Part shown: positions 1 through 13,149 of the stretch, one piece after another
Position numbering within the stretch: position 1 is the first letter of the stretch
Layout: the number at the start of each line of letters is the position of its first letter
NCBI RefSeq assembly: GCF_947568905.1
Contig: NC_079170.1
Location: 77,810,001-77,874,000, forward strand
Direction of reading: 5' to 3'
DNA length: 64,000 bases
DNA from: Ostrea edulis
Taxonomy: Eukaryota
The notes under the pieces: generated by a model
What the model was told of the DNA's origin: nothing
The model's database searches: none
The model's input: the letters and a program-made list of their open reading frames with translations, nothing else
Made by a program: the position numbers and the translations under genes

Positions 1-66
1 CAGATCCTATCTGAAAATCAGTCCTTGGATTACCTTACTCTCTGTGAAGTAGAGGTGTTTGATTAA
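1..66 (+). CDS. 3' end of last exon of upstream F-type lectin gene copy (QILSENQSLDYLTLCEVEVFD*)
   Basis: Near-identical to 35431-35496; the LxLCEVEV motif is the F-type lectin C-terminal strand; TAA at 64-66. The rest of the gene lies upstream of the window. Confidence 0.85.
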   Translation, partial: QILSENQSLDYLTLCEVEVFD

Positions 67-1638
67 CTTTGACTGATGCTTCCCTACAACTGGGTATACA
101 CGATTAGCTGAATACAAGTATATATATATATATTGTATGGTTATGTTTGTTTTACGTTCCGTTGACAATGTTTCATTCATATTGAGATGTCTATTGTATG
201 GTGGTATGTAATCATTGTCAATTCCATGACAATATCATGTGTATTACTTGCTTTAATCATATCTACTGTAAGGATATTCATAATCATGTTGATATATCAA
301 TACCCCCCCCCCTCGTACAAAATGTCTAATCTTTCTTTTTAAACATTGATAAGGGTCTTGGTATAATTCACAATAAATTACCATAAACGCCAATGCATAC
401 TCTGTTAACCAACAACCTTGAACTTAGATAGAAATGTATATCCATCCTGTATTCATTAATCTTACCGCAACATTACCTTTCTGCAATACAGCAATCGATA
501 ATATCTTTAAAATGCCCACACATTGTAAAACTTTTATATAACATAGACGTAGTTATATCGTTCTTTTCAAGCTGATTTTAACTATGTTATTTTCACCTTT
601 TCATGAACATGGGAACAATTACTTAAAATTTGATTACATCACCACTGCTTTTAAACTACGTGGACGTATCGTGCTTGGAAGTATAAACAATGTAAACAAA
701 TACCGTTGTTACCTCCTGGATCTAAAGAGTCTTAACGGGAGGTAATTTGACCATAAAACTGGCAACACATCGTGGATATCAATCTTGTTTTTAAATAGGT
801 GACTCGCGTATGATTTTATTTTTCGACAATTCTAGAATGAATGCCTTTGGAAGCAAAAGCTGTTTGTAAACTTTGATATGGTTAAAGATTTGTTCTAAAG
901 TCCACTGGATTTGCTGATTTTCAAAAGCAAAATTATCCTTGGAAAAGCAATATGATGGGTGAGGGGAATAATAAAGGAGTTCTTTTGAACAGAAATTAGT
1001 TTAACATATTTCCGAAGAAATAGTTTTTTTCATAGCTGAAAAATGCATAGGTTATAACACACACATATTTTATTTGTATTGCATTTGTATTATATTTGTC
1101 AGTATTGTATGCACATAAACTATCAATACCATTATAAAATATCATGCATGCACTCAGTAAGTGCTACCTTGTCTGTGCTAGATGTAGGTTTATAGTATTA
1201 GTGTAATGTTTAATATAATTCACTGTATACATGAAACTGATTTTTGTTGATATAATATAATTTAGACAGTCTTTTTAACAGCATAATTGTGTACAGCACA
1301 GAGAAACAAATGACTTACTGACTATTGATTTTCTGTATTATCAGCATAGATGTAAATTATTTTTATTGGTTTTATTTAAAATACTTTACATATAATATAT
1401 ATACTGCTTTTTGATGTGATATTGTGTCAGTGTTTAGTTTAATATGTGGTAAATGAAAATAATAATTCGAATTTTAAATCAAGAATGACAACATACGGTG
1501 GTGGGGCTGTATAAAGATTGTGTTTCATATTAATTGAATATTTGAATGTCAGAACAATGTTGTGTGATGATATCAGATATCGTGACACACACAGGAGTCG
1601 TGTAATCATACCAGACGGTACACGTCCTCCGAGGAAGA

Positions 1639-1726
1639 ATGTTGCGTTTGGTGCTGTGTGTTCTGTTCCTATTTCATCCATTACAAACGGATTCTTCAGG
1701 AATCAAACCCCATGCTTTTGTGAAAA
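1639..1726 (+). pseudogene. FReD-A exon 1 (signal peptide MLRLVLCVLFLFHPLQTDSSGIKPHAFVK)
   Basis: ATG, hydrophobic stretch, phase-1 donor A|GTAAGA; different frame from supplied ORF 1518..1730. Confidence 0.8.
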
Positions 1727-1734
1727 GTAAGAAT

Positions 1735-2007
1735 GTAAAACTTATACGGTACCAATTTTGATGCAGCAGATGCGCATTTCGAGAAATAATATCTCTTCAG
1801 TGATGCTCGACCAAAATTTTGGAAATCCGAAATAACAATAAACTTGAAAGAGCTATTTTAAGGAAAGTAAGAGTGCCAAAAATTGCAGTGAAACTCGTGT
1901 AAGCATGACGGAGATAATCCTTCATTTTGAAATGAATTTCTCAATCTTATCACAGCAATTAAATGTACATCCGTATTTTCAAGCTAGTAACGAAGTACTT
2001 AGCTACT
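1735..2007 (-). mobile_element. Truncated ~350-bp hammerhead repeat (retrozyme-like) in FReD-A intron 1
   Basis: Starts GTAAAACTTATACGGTACC 9 nt into the intron; degenerate hammerhead at 1758-1810 (stem I and stem II mismatches). Confidence 0.85.
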
Positions 2008-2334
2008 AATAATCCTATTTATAGCAAACCATTCTAGATAATATTCAATTATCAGAATGTGTATCTATAACAAAATCAAATAATTGATACCATTCAGCTT
2101 AATGGGAAGATTGATTTTAACGTCATTTAAATCATTAATCTTATAATAGATCGATCTATAATTCATTTGTCTAGAGTTATCATTTTATTCCCATACATCT
2201 GCACAATTACATAGGAAAATTTCTAAATTCTTCAATGTAGAAGGAATGAAATTTAAAATATCGTATTAAGTAGTATTTTCCTAAAGCATTTTTCACTACA
2301 CATCTATTCTCTCACACGCCTTCTCTCTCAACAG

Positions 2335-2466
2335 GTGAGGTTGGTTCTTTTCTGAAGCATGCGCCGTGGAAACACACCGATATGTCCGCTTCTCTCAGTG
2401 GTCCAATGATTTTGACTCTCCAGTCCAAATATAAGTTGGGCGGTGGTCTCGTTTTCAGAAAGAAGT
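2335..2466 (+). pseudogene. FReD-A exon 2 (132 nt, phase 1-1; SEVGSFLKHAPWKHTDMSASLSGPMILTLQSKYKLGGGLVFRKK)
   Basis: Pyrimidine tract plus CAG acceptor, T|GTAAGT donor, open frame consistent with exons 1 and 3. Confidence 0.75.
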
Positions 2467-2971
2467 GTAAGTATATGTAAACGGCGTTACCAAGAAATAG
2501 ACTTGCTGTTTAAGGAGTTGTATCATTTTTATTATGCGCGCATATTATAACATTTTTTTTAATATCAGCATGTAGTCAATGAATAGAAAAACAAGAAAGA
2601 TCAATGAAACAATGAACTATCGCAGAACACTTCTGTGAAAATATATTCAGCAAAGTTTCATGATCAATGCATACGTAATCTAATACAAACATGTAGATAG
2701 TGCCTGAGTTTCATTTTTGGGGGGAATCAGACCTCTACACATTCGACACAAATTAAGCACAAACCTTGATTAATTTCAAATAGAGGAATTATTTCTTCCG
2801 AAGATAGTGTTAACTTTGTATTTGTTTTGTATTTAATACATGAACATACAAAGCCGTCCTAACAATCTACATTCTGTCGATCCCCATAATAGCAAAGTTT
2901 TAAAAGATTTCAAAGAATTCGTCAGTCATTGTTAAGCGAATAATTGTAAATATCAATACATGTAACAACCA

Positions 2972-3998
2972 TAATGACAGTAACTATGATCCAGCTGAAC
3001 ATTGCAATACTGGTGATGTTGATATAGTTGAAAATAAGGACCTCCAATCACTAGATCTAAACAATCCCCAATGCAGAGAGCATCAGTCTTTCAGTTGGCG
3101 ACAGAACTTCATCTCTATTATAAATTATGTCGAACATTATGTCAGACAATGGGTTAAATGTGAAAAAGAAGAACTTGATACATTGTCAGAACGGATTAAA
3201 AATGTAAGGGAAATATCTAAATTTCACATTAGATACATTAACACAAAAGTACGTACCATCTATCCTTCTGTGTTTAGTAAACCAGAACTTATAAAAGAAT
3301 TAGATAGTTTACATGAGCGATATGTTTTGGTTCCAGCTGACAAAGTTTGTAACAGCATTGCCTTTGTTTGCAAGTTGAAGATAACGAACAATGATCAACC
3401 TTATAACTCCTATAAACAATACAACAGAGAGAGATGGGCAAACATGGACCCCTGGGTATACCAGAGGTGGGATCAGGTGTCAAAAGAATTAAGCAACCCC
3501 TGTCGACCGGTCCCACCAGCCGTCATTATTACAACTGTATTTTAAACAAATTTGGCATTCCACTCTTGTTAATCGTACATAGATTCCAACTGTCCTTTCA
3601 AAGGATGACATTCTTGAAAGCCATGCTTCAGTATTAGACACATTAAATATACCAGTCAATGGGTTGGATTAATATGAGTTGCCGTACCCATACTGGATTT
3701 CTTAAGTTCCTAAAAATCCTTACAAACAAAGATGCATTGCTGGATCCAGTAAGTGTTCTACCAAACCTCCAACTTTGCTCCTCACGAAAATATTAACAGC
3801 TGTGAATGAGAAACTTCAAACGTACAGTGTCACTACATATGACAGAGTTGGTGCAAATCAAATGTGGATTCTAAAACAATTCTAAAGAGCTTGTATTAAA
3901 CTTGAAATCGCAACGCTTTTCTCCAATTAAACGGTTTACTTTTCAACACCTTACACGATCATTTCTTACGATAGTTTAAAGACTAGAGTCTTTTATGA
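2972..3998 (+). mobile_element. Decayed Penelope-like (probably Naiad-type) reverse transcriptase fragment
   Basis: Frameshifted peptides YDPAEHCNTGDVDIV, LHERYVLVPADKVCNSIAFVCK, LPYPYWI..YKQRCIAGSSKCSTK, NQMWILK and a DFSTLYT-like segment. Family assignment is from recalled motifs. Absent from copy B. Boundaries approximate. Confidence 0.7.
3372..3523 (-). mobile_element. Penelope-like 3' tail inserted antisense in the RT remnant
   Basis: Matches the window-wide AAGGTGAAGATAACGAACAGTGATCAATCTCATAACTCC family. Confidence 0.8.
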
Positions 3999-4205
3999 AA
4001 GGCGAAGATAACGAACAGTGATCAATCTCATAACTCCTATCAGTAATACAATATAGATAGTTGGGCAACTATGGACACCTGGACACACCAGGGGTGGGAT
4101 CAGGTGCCCAGGAGGAGTAAGCATCCCCTGTCGACCGGTAACACCCGCCGTTATCCCTATATTCTGATCAGGTAAACGGAGTTATCCGTGGTCAAATCAG
4201 TGTTA
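3999..4205 (-). mobile_element. Penelope-like 3' tail, inverted relative to the adjacent RT remnant
   Basis: Same tail family. Confidence 0.8.
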
Positions 4206-4678
4206 CGAAAGTAACCGCGCATATACAGAATATCACTTCAACATTTAGTTTAGTCATATTAAGATAATTCATTTTACATCAGGTTAAGAAAAATGTTGAT
4301 GTGATCTCATCATCAGGTAAAATATGTTCCATTTGTCATTTAATTTCTTTATTTTCCTATCCGGATGATTTGTTGAATTAATATAGATGCCTGTGTATTT
4401 CAAAATGCCTTATCATCATTATAACTCCATAACATTTATGAAATAAATTCATTTCTTAAAAATCTTATTTTAGTACAACTAACAGAATCAGACCCCCTCC
4501 TCGTATATATTTCGTTTGTGTGCAACCAAACTCTGGTAGAATTTGCCAATAAAACCTAATTTCCACATGGATAGAAATAAAAAAAATTATTAATTGAGTG
4601 GTTAACTCCACGGTGAATGAACATGTCTGTTGAATGAAAAGGTCTTAATTTCTAAGGCTTTGGAAATGTAATAAAAGC

Positions 4679-4902
4679 NNNNNNNNNNNNNNNNNNNNNN
4701 NNNNNNNNNNNNNNNNNNNNNNNNNNNNNNNNNNNNNNNNNNNNNNNNNNNNNNNNNNNNNNNNNNNNNNNNNNNNNNNNNNNNNNNNNNNNNNNNNNNN
4801 NNNNNNNNNNNNNNNNNNNNNNNNNNNNNNNNNNNNNNNNNNNNNNNNNNNNNNNNNNNNNNNNNNNNNNNNNNNNNNNNNNNNNNNNNNNNNNNNNNNN
4901 NN
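4679..4902. other. Assembly gap (224 N)
   Basis: Run of N. Confidence 1.
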
Positions 4903-6424
4903 TTAGTAAAGCTTTAGCGCTTTCATTTCAAATCTTCAGAAGCTTAACATTTAGTAACATAGCGACGTTATGTCACAAACAGCGGAACGTTAAAATTAAA
5001 CAAATCTAGACGTCATTACATACTGACTGTTGAAACGTATTTTTCATTGTGACGTCATAGTAAACCAAAGCTGTGTGTCGAAATATTACGGTACCCGATG
5101 ACGTAAATCGGTTGTGACACGTAGGCCTAAACAACCGAATGAATGGTGGAAGTTGTAGCCTACAGTCCACCAGTTGTAATGTTATGTGGACGCCTAATTG
5201 ATGCCAGTGTCATATATTTGTACGATAACGTTAAAAATCATTCAACAACACGGGGTATTTGTCTTCACGTCTAAGTAGCCTATATGGTTAATCGAGTAAA
5301 AGACACCCTTCCCCCTGTGTGCTGCGGTAGCGATCTCAACATGCTCATCAGTGCCAAAAAAAGTGGATGAAGGTGAAGCCAGATACTCATTAAATTCAAC
5401 GACCTTTAGATTATTAAAATAAATATATGATAGCGCAAAACGAAAATGGGTGAAAGTAAAGGCGCAGACGATGGGTGGGTCTCGATTGTATCTGAAGTGG
5501 ATTGGAGGACTAACTTCATAATGTTTGATCAAATAACTAATGCTAAATAACTACTGTAAGGATTTTACAACTATTTCTCACATGGTTACATATATATTTA
5601 GTTTTATCAATTGAGAATATATATGATGAAACGTAAAGATGACGAGTGGTCAATCTTATAACTCCTTTAAGATCTATTTGAATTTATTTTTTTTTTGGGG
5701 GGGGGGGATCGATTGATGCACTTAACCCGATTTCGACCATGAAGTGGATCCAGTTAAATTTTGATAATATTGTTTAAAATAACCTTATTTTCTTAATTTA
5801 AATAATTACTGGTTTTGTTGAATGACAATGGAAGAATTCCCCAATTATATCTTTTAAATATTACGATTTATATTAAACCTATAAATTAGAAAAATATTCA
5901 GATTTTGTGCATGAAATGTAAAATTCTGGTCATTTGTAGCACATAAAAATACCAATTCACATATCCCACAGACCTCGATCTAGAAAAAACTCTTTACTTC
6001 TATGTATGTAATACAATAGTTCACAATTAATCAATGTTTTTGGATCGAGGCCAGGGGGTTATTCTAATTTTTGGTGCATATTGTTGGAAATTATCAATGT
6101 TTGCAAAAATAACACAACCGATTTGGGCATTATTATTTCTGCGTATAATAAACTTTAGACAGGCTACTCATAAATAACTTCATCTCACATGGGTTTCAAC
6201 CATTGTTTCAACAATTTGATGTTAAGTTATGCTTTCGTATATTGAACTATTTGAGATACATAATACCATACACAGGCGATGATTGAATACCCAAATATGG
6301 CCCTGTAATTCTAAGTAAAATAAAGTATCTTCATTAAAAAGATCATTCATTGTATCGAATAGCTTAGCCATTTTTTTTTTATAAACCCAGTGTATTTTTT
6401 CCGCGTAAATTCATGCATATATTT

Positions 6425-6550
6425 AGATCTAATATCTAAAACTTCATAATTATTTCGAATTTCAAACATTTCGGTTGAGCATCACTGAAGAGACATTATT
6501 TGTCGAAATGCGCATCTGGCGCATCAAAATTGGTACCGTATAAGTTTTAC
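6425..6550 (+). mobile_element. Short hammerhead-repeat fragment, sense to FReD-A pre-mRNA
   Basis: Reverse complement of the 53142 unit start; ends TAAGTTTTAC. Confidence 0.85.
6475..6527 (+). ncRNA. Minimal type I hammerhead ribozyme motif
   Basis: GCATCA-CTGAAGA-GAC attattt GTC-GAA-ATGCGCAT-C-TGGCGC; core intact, one A-C mismatch in stem I; predicted cleavage after 6516. Confidence 0.75.
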
Positions 6551-7116
6551 ATATAGAAAATATAGCATGGAGAAACAAATCGCGGATTCATCTAAAGTTT
6601 ATCATACGCAGGTATCGAGAAGTTGAGCCTGCAGAGCACTGCTATTTCACATGAACTTCATGGGCTCTGAGAAAAATACTGACAAATCAATGCAAGATTG
6701 TTCTTTACGTATTAGATTGCTCACTGCATACTAGCGCCAGACTGCATCACGAACTTATCCAACGTTACGTTCCAACATGTTATTCACGCTCAAAAATGTC
6801 GATCATGTCAACAGTAGTTTCACTCGGACACAACAAAAATGATATATTGTTACTTTTTACCTCTTAATGATTCACTATTTTGATTCTAGTTCATTATGTT
6901 TATAATTCTGATGTTATGGCTGCTTCATATATCCTACATGTACCTAGAACGCCACCGGGTATGTTTGTATAATCTGGTGATGTAAAAATAATTTCATTGT
7001 GTTTTTGTGAAAGAAATTGACTTTAAATTGTCATTAGCATTGTCCATTGTAAAATGAAATATAAGAGAATGATATACATGCATTGATTTCTGGCTACTTC
7101 TATTCTTTACCAAAAG

Positions 7117-7261
7117 TTTCTGAAAAGTACAAAGACTGCTCAGCCATTTTGAAAATGAAGCAACACAGAAAAAACAGATATGGTGTCTATACCATCTACC
7201 CCACTGAAGGAAGTAAGAAAAAGGTGTTTTGTGACATGACAACAGACGGAGGGGGTGGACG
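7117..7261 (+). pseudogene. FReD-A exon 3 (KDC..GVYTIYP..VFCDMTTDGGG), -1 frameshift
   Basis: 145 nt vs 146 nt in copy B; GGGGGTGGACG vs GGCGGGTGGACG destroys the GGGWT motif. Confidence 0.9.
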
Positions 7262-8203
7262 GTAAGTCAATTAAATATAGATTTGTATGATTACATATGT
7301 ACATTAATTCTTTAAAACTACGCACCAAATTATATATTGAATATAAATCACAAGCTCAGGCAGGTGACGTACATGATATCCGGTATGTCTGGGTATATGA
7401 AACCTAAACATTTCAACACAAATGTTACCGCTAAAGAATGAGTCCACTGACTGCACACAAATAGCCCGTGGTACTTTGCGTAAGAAAAAAATACTAACAT
7501 CTCGCAAATTTTTGTCGCATCTTTGATTTCAAACTTTGTTCTTTCTTGATTTCAATTGTTGTTTTTAATCCCGCGCATCGAAATGAAGTATTCGTTTGAT
7601 TAATACAACAAGGACGCTGTATACATCAATTTGTCATTGATTTCAGGTCACACCCCTTTTTAAAAGTATGTACGAAGCATGAGCACATTTATGTTTCAAT
7701 TCATCGTAAATATGGTGACCACAAAAAATGATGATGACAATGATTCACAGTCATAACAGATAGTGAAATAGCAGATTTCCATTTTTAAAAATGTAAAAAC
7801 CACAGCTACTTGACTTATTTTTTTATGATAAGAAAGTGTAAAAAAAAAATAATAATAATAAAATCACGAGTACTTGTTTCTTTTTTTTTCTTTTTTTTTT
7901 TGTAAGTATACTCCGTTTATGATATTCAATCTGTCTCTAGCCTTATGAATAACGAAATAATGGACACAGGAATAAATCATATTCATACCCACTGAAATCT
8001 ATACCTATTCGATAAATAGAGTTATGTCTGCACGTTATTCATCCTAATCCAGTAACGGTGATATTAAGTCTACATTTCCAATTCAATCAGAATCTACTTT
8101 AAATAAACATGTATAATAACTCTTTCATTAATCACTGCATAGTTTTCGGAACAATCAAATTTTGCAAAATAATAATTATGCAACCAAATAAATTCAGTTA
8201 CAT

Positions 8204-8367
8204 GATATGGGGCTCACGGCGGGTGTGGCTGGTCGACAGGAAGTGCCATCTCCTCCAAAGCACCTGGTCCCAACTCTGGTATATTCAGGGATCTGTGTTT
8301 GCCCAACTCCCTATTTTGGATATCTTATAGGAGTTATGAGGTTTATCACCGTTCGATATCTCCACCT
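8204..8367 (+). mobile_element. Penelope-like 3' tail (also at 41433-41597 in copy B)
   Basis: GGGCTCACGGCGGGTGTG...TATCTCCACCT. Confidence 0.8.
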
Positions 8368-8814
8368 TTCATTTTGTTAAAATCAAATAATTTTTTTAAT
8401 GTGAAGAATCTAGCATATCTTACTGATGTAATTCACACCGATTCCTTTCTCATGGCTTGGTGGTTCATTTACAATGTGTTTGATTATTTTTTCTCAATTT
8501 CAGTTTTAGTTTTTTTAATTCCATGAATCGAAAATAAGTATTGGTTTGGGTAATATAACGGGAACATTTTGATTACATCAATTTATCATAGACTTAACGT
8601 CAAGTCCAATTCATTTTACAAGCCTGTGTAATATATGATCGCATTAATGTTTAAAATTGTCAATGAAAAAGATTATGGTTACCACTTACATTCATAACAG
8701 AAATCGAAACAGATGTTGAATTATTTTCTTTTGATAAAATGTGTAAAACTCACTGGTACCTGTCTCATTTTCTATTGATAAAATGTGTAAACATCACGAG
8801 TACCTGTCTTATTT

Positions 8815-9240
8815 CAAATTAATTCGTCGACAAAAACCACGCCAAAGAAAATTTCTATCCAGAAATACAATTCGCCGAAAGAGTACGAAATACACCTGAG
8901 AGTATCGCTTCAGTTTTTGCTGACTACTTCTCAACTCTGTACGAGCCTGGAATAAATTGAAATATATGACAATCAATTTTACAACAATGCCACTTCAGAG
9001 TACAATCGTATCAAAATACTAGAAACTCAAAATCCTATCGATCTTCCAAGGTAGATATATTACAGAAAATGAAGTGGATGATTCTATAAAACTATTGAAC
9101 TAAAAAGCCCCTGGGCCTGATAAAATTCAATCAGAACTTTTGATTCATTGAAAAAAAAGTATGCTATCAAAATATATGTGTATTATTCAACAGTATAATA
9201 GAACTATGTATAATTTCCTCTGGATGGAAACAAAGTTTGA
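8815..9240 (+). mobile_element. Decayed LINE ORF2 fragment (pre-RT region); paralog at ~42165-42585
   Basis: Frameshifted peptides SVFADYFSTLYEP, ITENEV, KAPGPDKIQSELL and WKQ, typical of the region N-terminal to non-LTR RT domain 1. Confidence 0.6.
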
Positions 9241-9244
9241 ACGA

Positions 9245-9352
9245 AAGGTGAAGACAACGAACAGTGATCAATAAAATAGTTCCTACAAGCAATACAAAAT
9301 AGAGAACTGGGCAAACATGGACCCCTGTACATACCAGACGTGAGATCATATG
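9245..9352 (-). mobile_element. Penelope-like 3' tail (paralog 42586-42695)
   Basis: Tail family match. Confidence 0.75.
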
Positions 9353-9446
9353 CCCTTGCAGAATAGAAATTACTTGATGACCCCAATGAAGAAGGTATAT
9401 TTGCTAAAATCACCATACATCGTATCATGGGGTCAGTATTTTGTAT

Positions 9447-10034
9447 GAAAAACTGATACGGTACCAATTTTGCTGCACCAGATGCGCATTTCGATAAATA
9501 ATGTCTCTTCAGTGATGCTCAACCGAAATGTTTGAAATCCGAAATAACAAGGAAGTTTTAGAGGTTTTATAGGGAAAAACAGGGTTCCAAAAAAGTTGAG
9601 TCAAATTCGTCTAAGGATAAGAGCTATGTGTGAGGGAGATAATTCTTAATTTTGAAATGAATTTCTAAATTTTATAACAGCAATTAAATATACATTCGTA
9701 TTTTCAAGCTAGTAACGAAGTACTTACCTACTGAGCTGTAGAGACCCTCGGGGACTAACAATCCACCAGCAGAGGCCTCGACCCAGGGGTGATAATGAAA
9801 AACTTATACGGTACCGATTTTGCTTCACCAGATGCGCATTTCGACAAAGAATGTCTCTTCAGTGATGCTCAACCGAAATGTTTGAAATCCGAAATAACAA
9901 TGAAGTTTTAGAGCTTTTATATGGAAAAACAGGGTGCCAAAAAAGTTGACTCAAATTCGTCTAAGGATAAGAGCTATGTGTGAGGGAGATAATCCTTAAT
10001 TTTGAAATGAATTTCTAAATTTTATAATAGCAAT
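9447..10034 (-). mobile_element. 1.7-unit tandem of the hammerhead repeat (period 350)
   Basis: Units start at 9447 and 9797; hammerhead motifs at 9470-9522 and 9820-9872 with intact cores and single stem mismatches. Confidence 0.85.
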
Positions 10035-10359
10035 GTATGTGATATTGAATATCATCGTCCTGAATATGTATATTTGTAGTTCATCAGATTTGATCCAATA
10101 TCAGCAAAGATCCAAAATGTTCCATCTGTCCTAATAAATGATGTCTTTCAATTGTATATTTTCGGCGAATTTTCCCTTCGTCACCTTAGCTATTATTCTT
10201 ATTTATAAATGTGGATTGTTAGGGAAAGGAGCAACCGCTGCCTTACTTTTGACGCGGCCATGGTAAGAGTGGGGTTCAGGGGTTCAAACTCATAACCTCA
10301 CGGATATAACGCGAACTGGCACATATGTATCATTTATTTATTTTTCCTTATTTTTCCAT

Positions 10360-10421
10360 AAACAAAAAATGGAAAGATTTTGCGGAAGGATTTGGTCATC
10401 CTGATCACGAATACTGGCTTG
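10360..10421 (+). pseudogene. FReD-A exon 4 remnant (KKWKDFAEGFGHPDHEYWLG), acceptor deleted
   Basis: Alignment to 43383-43482 shows loss of TTATTTTTCAG plus the first ~38 coding nt. Confidence 0.85.
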
Positions 10422-10487
10422 GTTAATGTTTAATTTTGTAGAGTGAAAATTATTTTTACATAGTTTAAACAAAGTACTTGAATATGA

Positions 10488-10659
10488 AAGGTGAAGATAA
10501 CGAACAGTGATGAATCCCATAACTCCTATAAGCAATACAAAATAGATAGTTGGGCAAACACGAACCCCTGGACACACCAGAGGTGGGATCACGTGCTTAG
10601 GAGGAGTACGCACCCCCTATCGACCGGTCACACCAACCGTGAGCCCTATATCCTGATCA
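10488..10659 (-). mobile_element. Penelope-like 3' tail
   Basis: Tail family match; shorter at 43548-43620 in copy B. Confidence 0.8.
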
Positions 10660-10673
10660 TATACTTATATTTA

Positions 10674-11487
10674 TAGACCCTTTAGAGCGTACTACTACAT
10701 CTCCAAAGCATTCTGTTCATCGTTCCGAGAAAACCATTTAACGTTCCATGCAAACCGTTCAGTGTTCCTTGAAAACCGTTCAGTGTTGCTTACAAATAGT
10801 TCATTGTTTCGCGAAACTCGGTCAGTGTTCTGTGCAAACCGTTATGCGTTCCGTCTATTACAAGATCATCAGCTACTACAACTCCGCTGACATCGTCAAA
10901 ACTCTATGGTCTTCATAACGATCTAGTTTGCCAATACAACCTATCATAGGGTCAAATGCTGTCTGGCGTGTTTCATACCGATTGTCAGGTCGTTCTTGGC
11001 ACACTGGTTATACTTACAGGTGACTTCGTTTACCTAATCAAGATATAGGGGTCACGGTGGATGTGACCGGTCAACAGGGGGTGCTTACTTCTCCATGGTA
11101 CCTGATCCAGGGGTCCGTGTTTGCACAACTTTCTATTTTGTATTGCTGGTAGGAGTTACGAGATTGATCCCTGTTCGTTATCTTCACCATTCATGCTTCA
11201 ATGGGATAGTTTACAACGTCGTGGATAAGGTGCCAAGCTGACTATGATATACATGTACCGTATATCCCTTTCCAACATTCCGGGACCACACCTAGATGAT
11301 TTTAAGAACAGTTCAGTGTTCATTTTTTCTGCGGGTCAAAGCTTGTGTAATTTTATCAATCATTCATATACAGATAATGTTAGCGTTCATCGTTCCGGGT
11401 AAATCGTCCGCCGCATCGTGTAAACCATTCAACGTTAGTTTCGGACCGGTCCATGCCAGTAATACAGCAGAATGATTGGGGGGTCTG
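10674..11487. mobile_element. Putative MITE (TA-flanked, short TAGACCC/GGGTCTG termini, internal ACCGTTCA repeats) containing a Penelope-like tail at ~10884-11188
   Basis: Short imperfect inverted termini; segment absent from copy B. Confidence 0.4.
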
Positions 11488-11920
11488 TAAATAAAAGTAG
11501 GGGGAATGGAATAGAATAATTATTTTAATCCCCGTTTCCTCCTTTCTGAGATTTGTTCGAAGATAATATACCCGGTGTACATATATATCAATTGATTTAT
11601 AAATTTGATATATTTATTCGAAAATAATCTTAAGTATTTGGAAATTGTATAAATTGTATAAAAAGAAAATATACAGTTTCATTTTTTTAAAATTAAGAAA
11701 TACACCAAAGCATAACTTACAAATAAAAATAGAATATTGAAAATGTTTTGTTTAATCACATGAAATATTAAGAATATGTAATGCATTAAGTTACTGATTG
11801 ATCACTGTTCGCTATCTTCACCTTCATTTACGTACTTGTGCAACAGAATGTTAGGTAAGATGCATGTCTATATCTTCAGCCATCAAATCTGCTGTCCTTA
11901 TGTTTTGAAAATTCTTTCAG

Positions 11921-12091
11921 GCAAAAATATCATGCATAATTTAACTAAAAGCGGGAAAATGAAGCAAATAATAGACATGAAGAGGTTTAACGGGGGACAA
12001 GGATTTGTACAATACTCGACCTTTGTTGTCGGAAGTAGATCTGATAAGTACAGGCTGAAAATAGCGGGATTGCGGGGATCATTCGGAATGA
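11921..12091 (+). pseudogene. FReD-A exon 5
   Basis: 171 nt, phase 1-1, HNLTKSGKMKQIIDMKRFNGGQGFVQYSTF..YRLKIAG; TTCAG acceptor, A|GTAAGT donor. Confidence 0.9.
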
Positions 12092-12589
12092 GTAAGTATT
12101 TATTGTTATAGTAATTAGTATCACTAGTTCTATAAATTAATGTATATGGTGATTGTCTAAAGAGATATCAAACACAATGTCTATTTATACTATATTGTGT
12201 TTATGCAGCAAATGGACTCTACATAAACGGTAAATGTTCGATAATTCCGTTGTATGATACACATTCGATGATTATCAATGGATTTTACACACAATGGTCT
12301 ACATCGACTTTTCCAATAGTGTATGATGTAGAAACAATGAAAATGGCACAATGACAGAAGCCCAAATTATTAGCCAGAGACTCTGGAAAATTAACAGAAT
12401 CTGCGGCAGGGTTTCAAGCAAAATTCGACTATATGTCTGAAGGTGTCAGATCCCATTATCTGATGCCTGAAGACATCCGCCACAAGCGGGCATATTTTAC
12501 CCATGCCATGACAAAACAGCACTATTGACGAAAAGGTGGATAAATTGGAAATTTTCACACATGATTTTATACAAACATGCTTGTATACC

Positions 12590-13100
12590 ATACAGTTTGG
12601 GCAATATCAGAGAGATGGGTACCATCTGGGTATAACTTAGGGGAAGGTTTGTAAGTCGGAGTAATTAATGTAGCCACCACTTCTAGAGATAATGAAATTG
12701 GATATAGAACTGTTTATCCCAACCCTTGCTTTTTGGGCTGCGATGTGCGAAAACATGTGCCGATAATATCTTCGTGGTAAGATTTGGGACCAAATGATTC
12801 TACATCTAGGTAACATAGAATGGATATTAGCAACTGTTAATTTCATAATTTTTTGAAGATGACACAATGACGTAGTAGTAATACTATTTTCCCCGCATTG
12901 TAACACTATGACATCAGGATAGCCAAATTGTTGAACAACTTCACGTAACCGACGCTTCACATCTTCCCAAATCATGCCTCTCAGCCAAACCATCTTCCGG
13001 AAATGTGGGACTGAAGATGTAGGTGTTGGTTTGAGTAATTCACAAAAGTGTGCTGGTGGGCGTATTGAATTAAAGCTGAACCCACTATCCAAACTGTAAT
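12590..13100 (-). pseudogene. SGNH-hydrolase-like ORF of a tyrosine-recombinase retroelement remnant (paralog ~45700-46170)
   Basis: WLRGMIW..PDVIVLQCGENS..IIWSQILPR..ARVGINS pattern directly downstream of a YR remnant on the same strand. Confidence 0.6.
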
Positions 13101-13149
13101 ACCGGTACCGGCAAACTCAACATACTGTTAGAAAACATTATAAATGTTG

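Noticed and set aside
1518-1730. Supplied 70-aa ORF overlapping FReD exon 1
   Set aside because: Wrong frame; the signal-peptide frame starting at 1639 fits the splice phase and is conserved in copy B.
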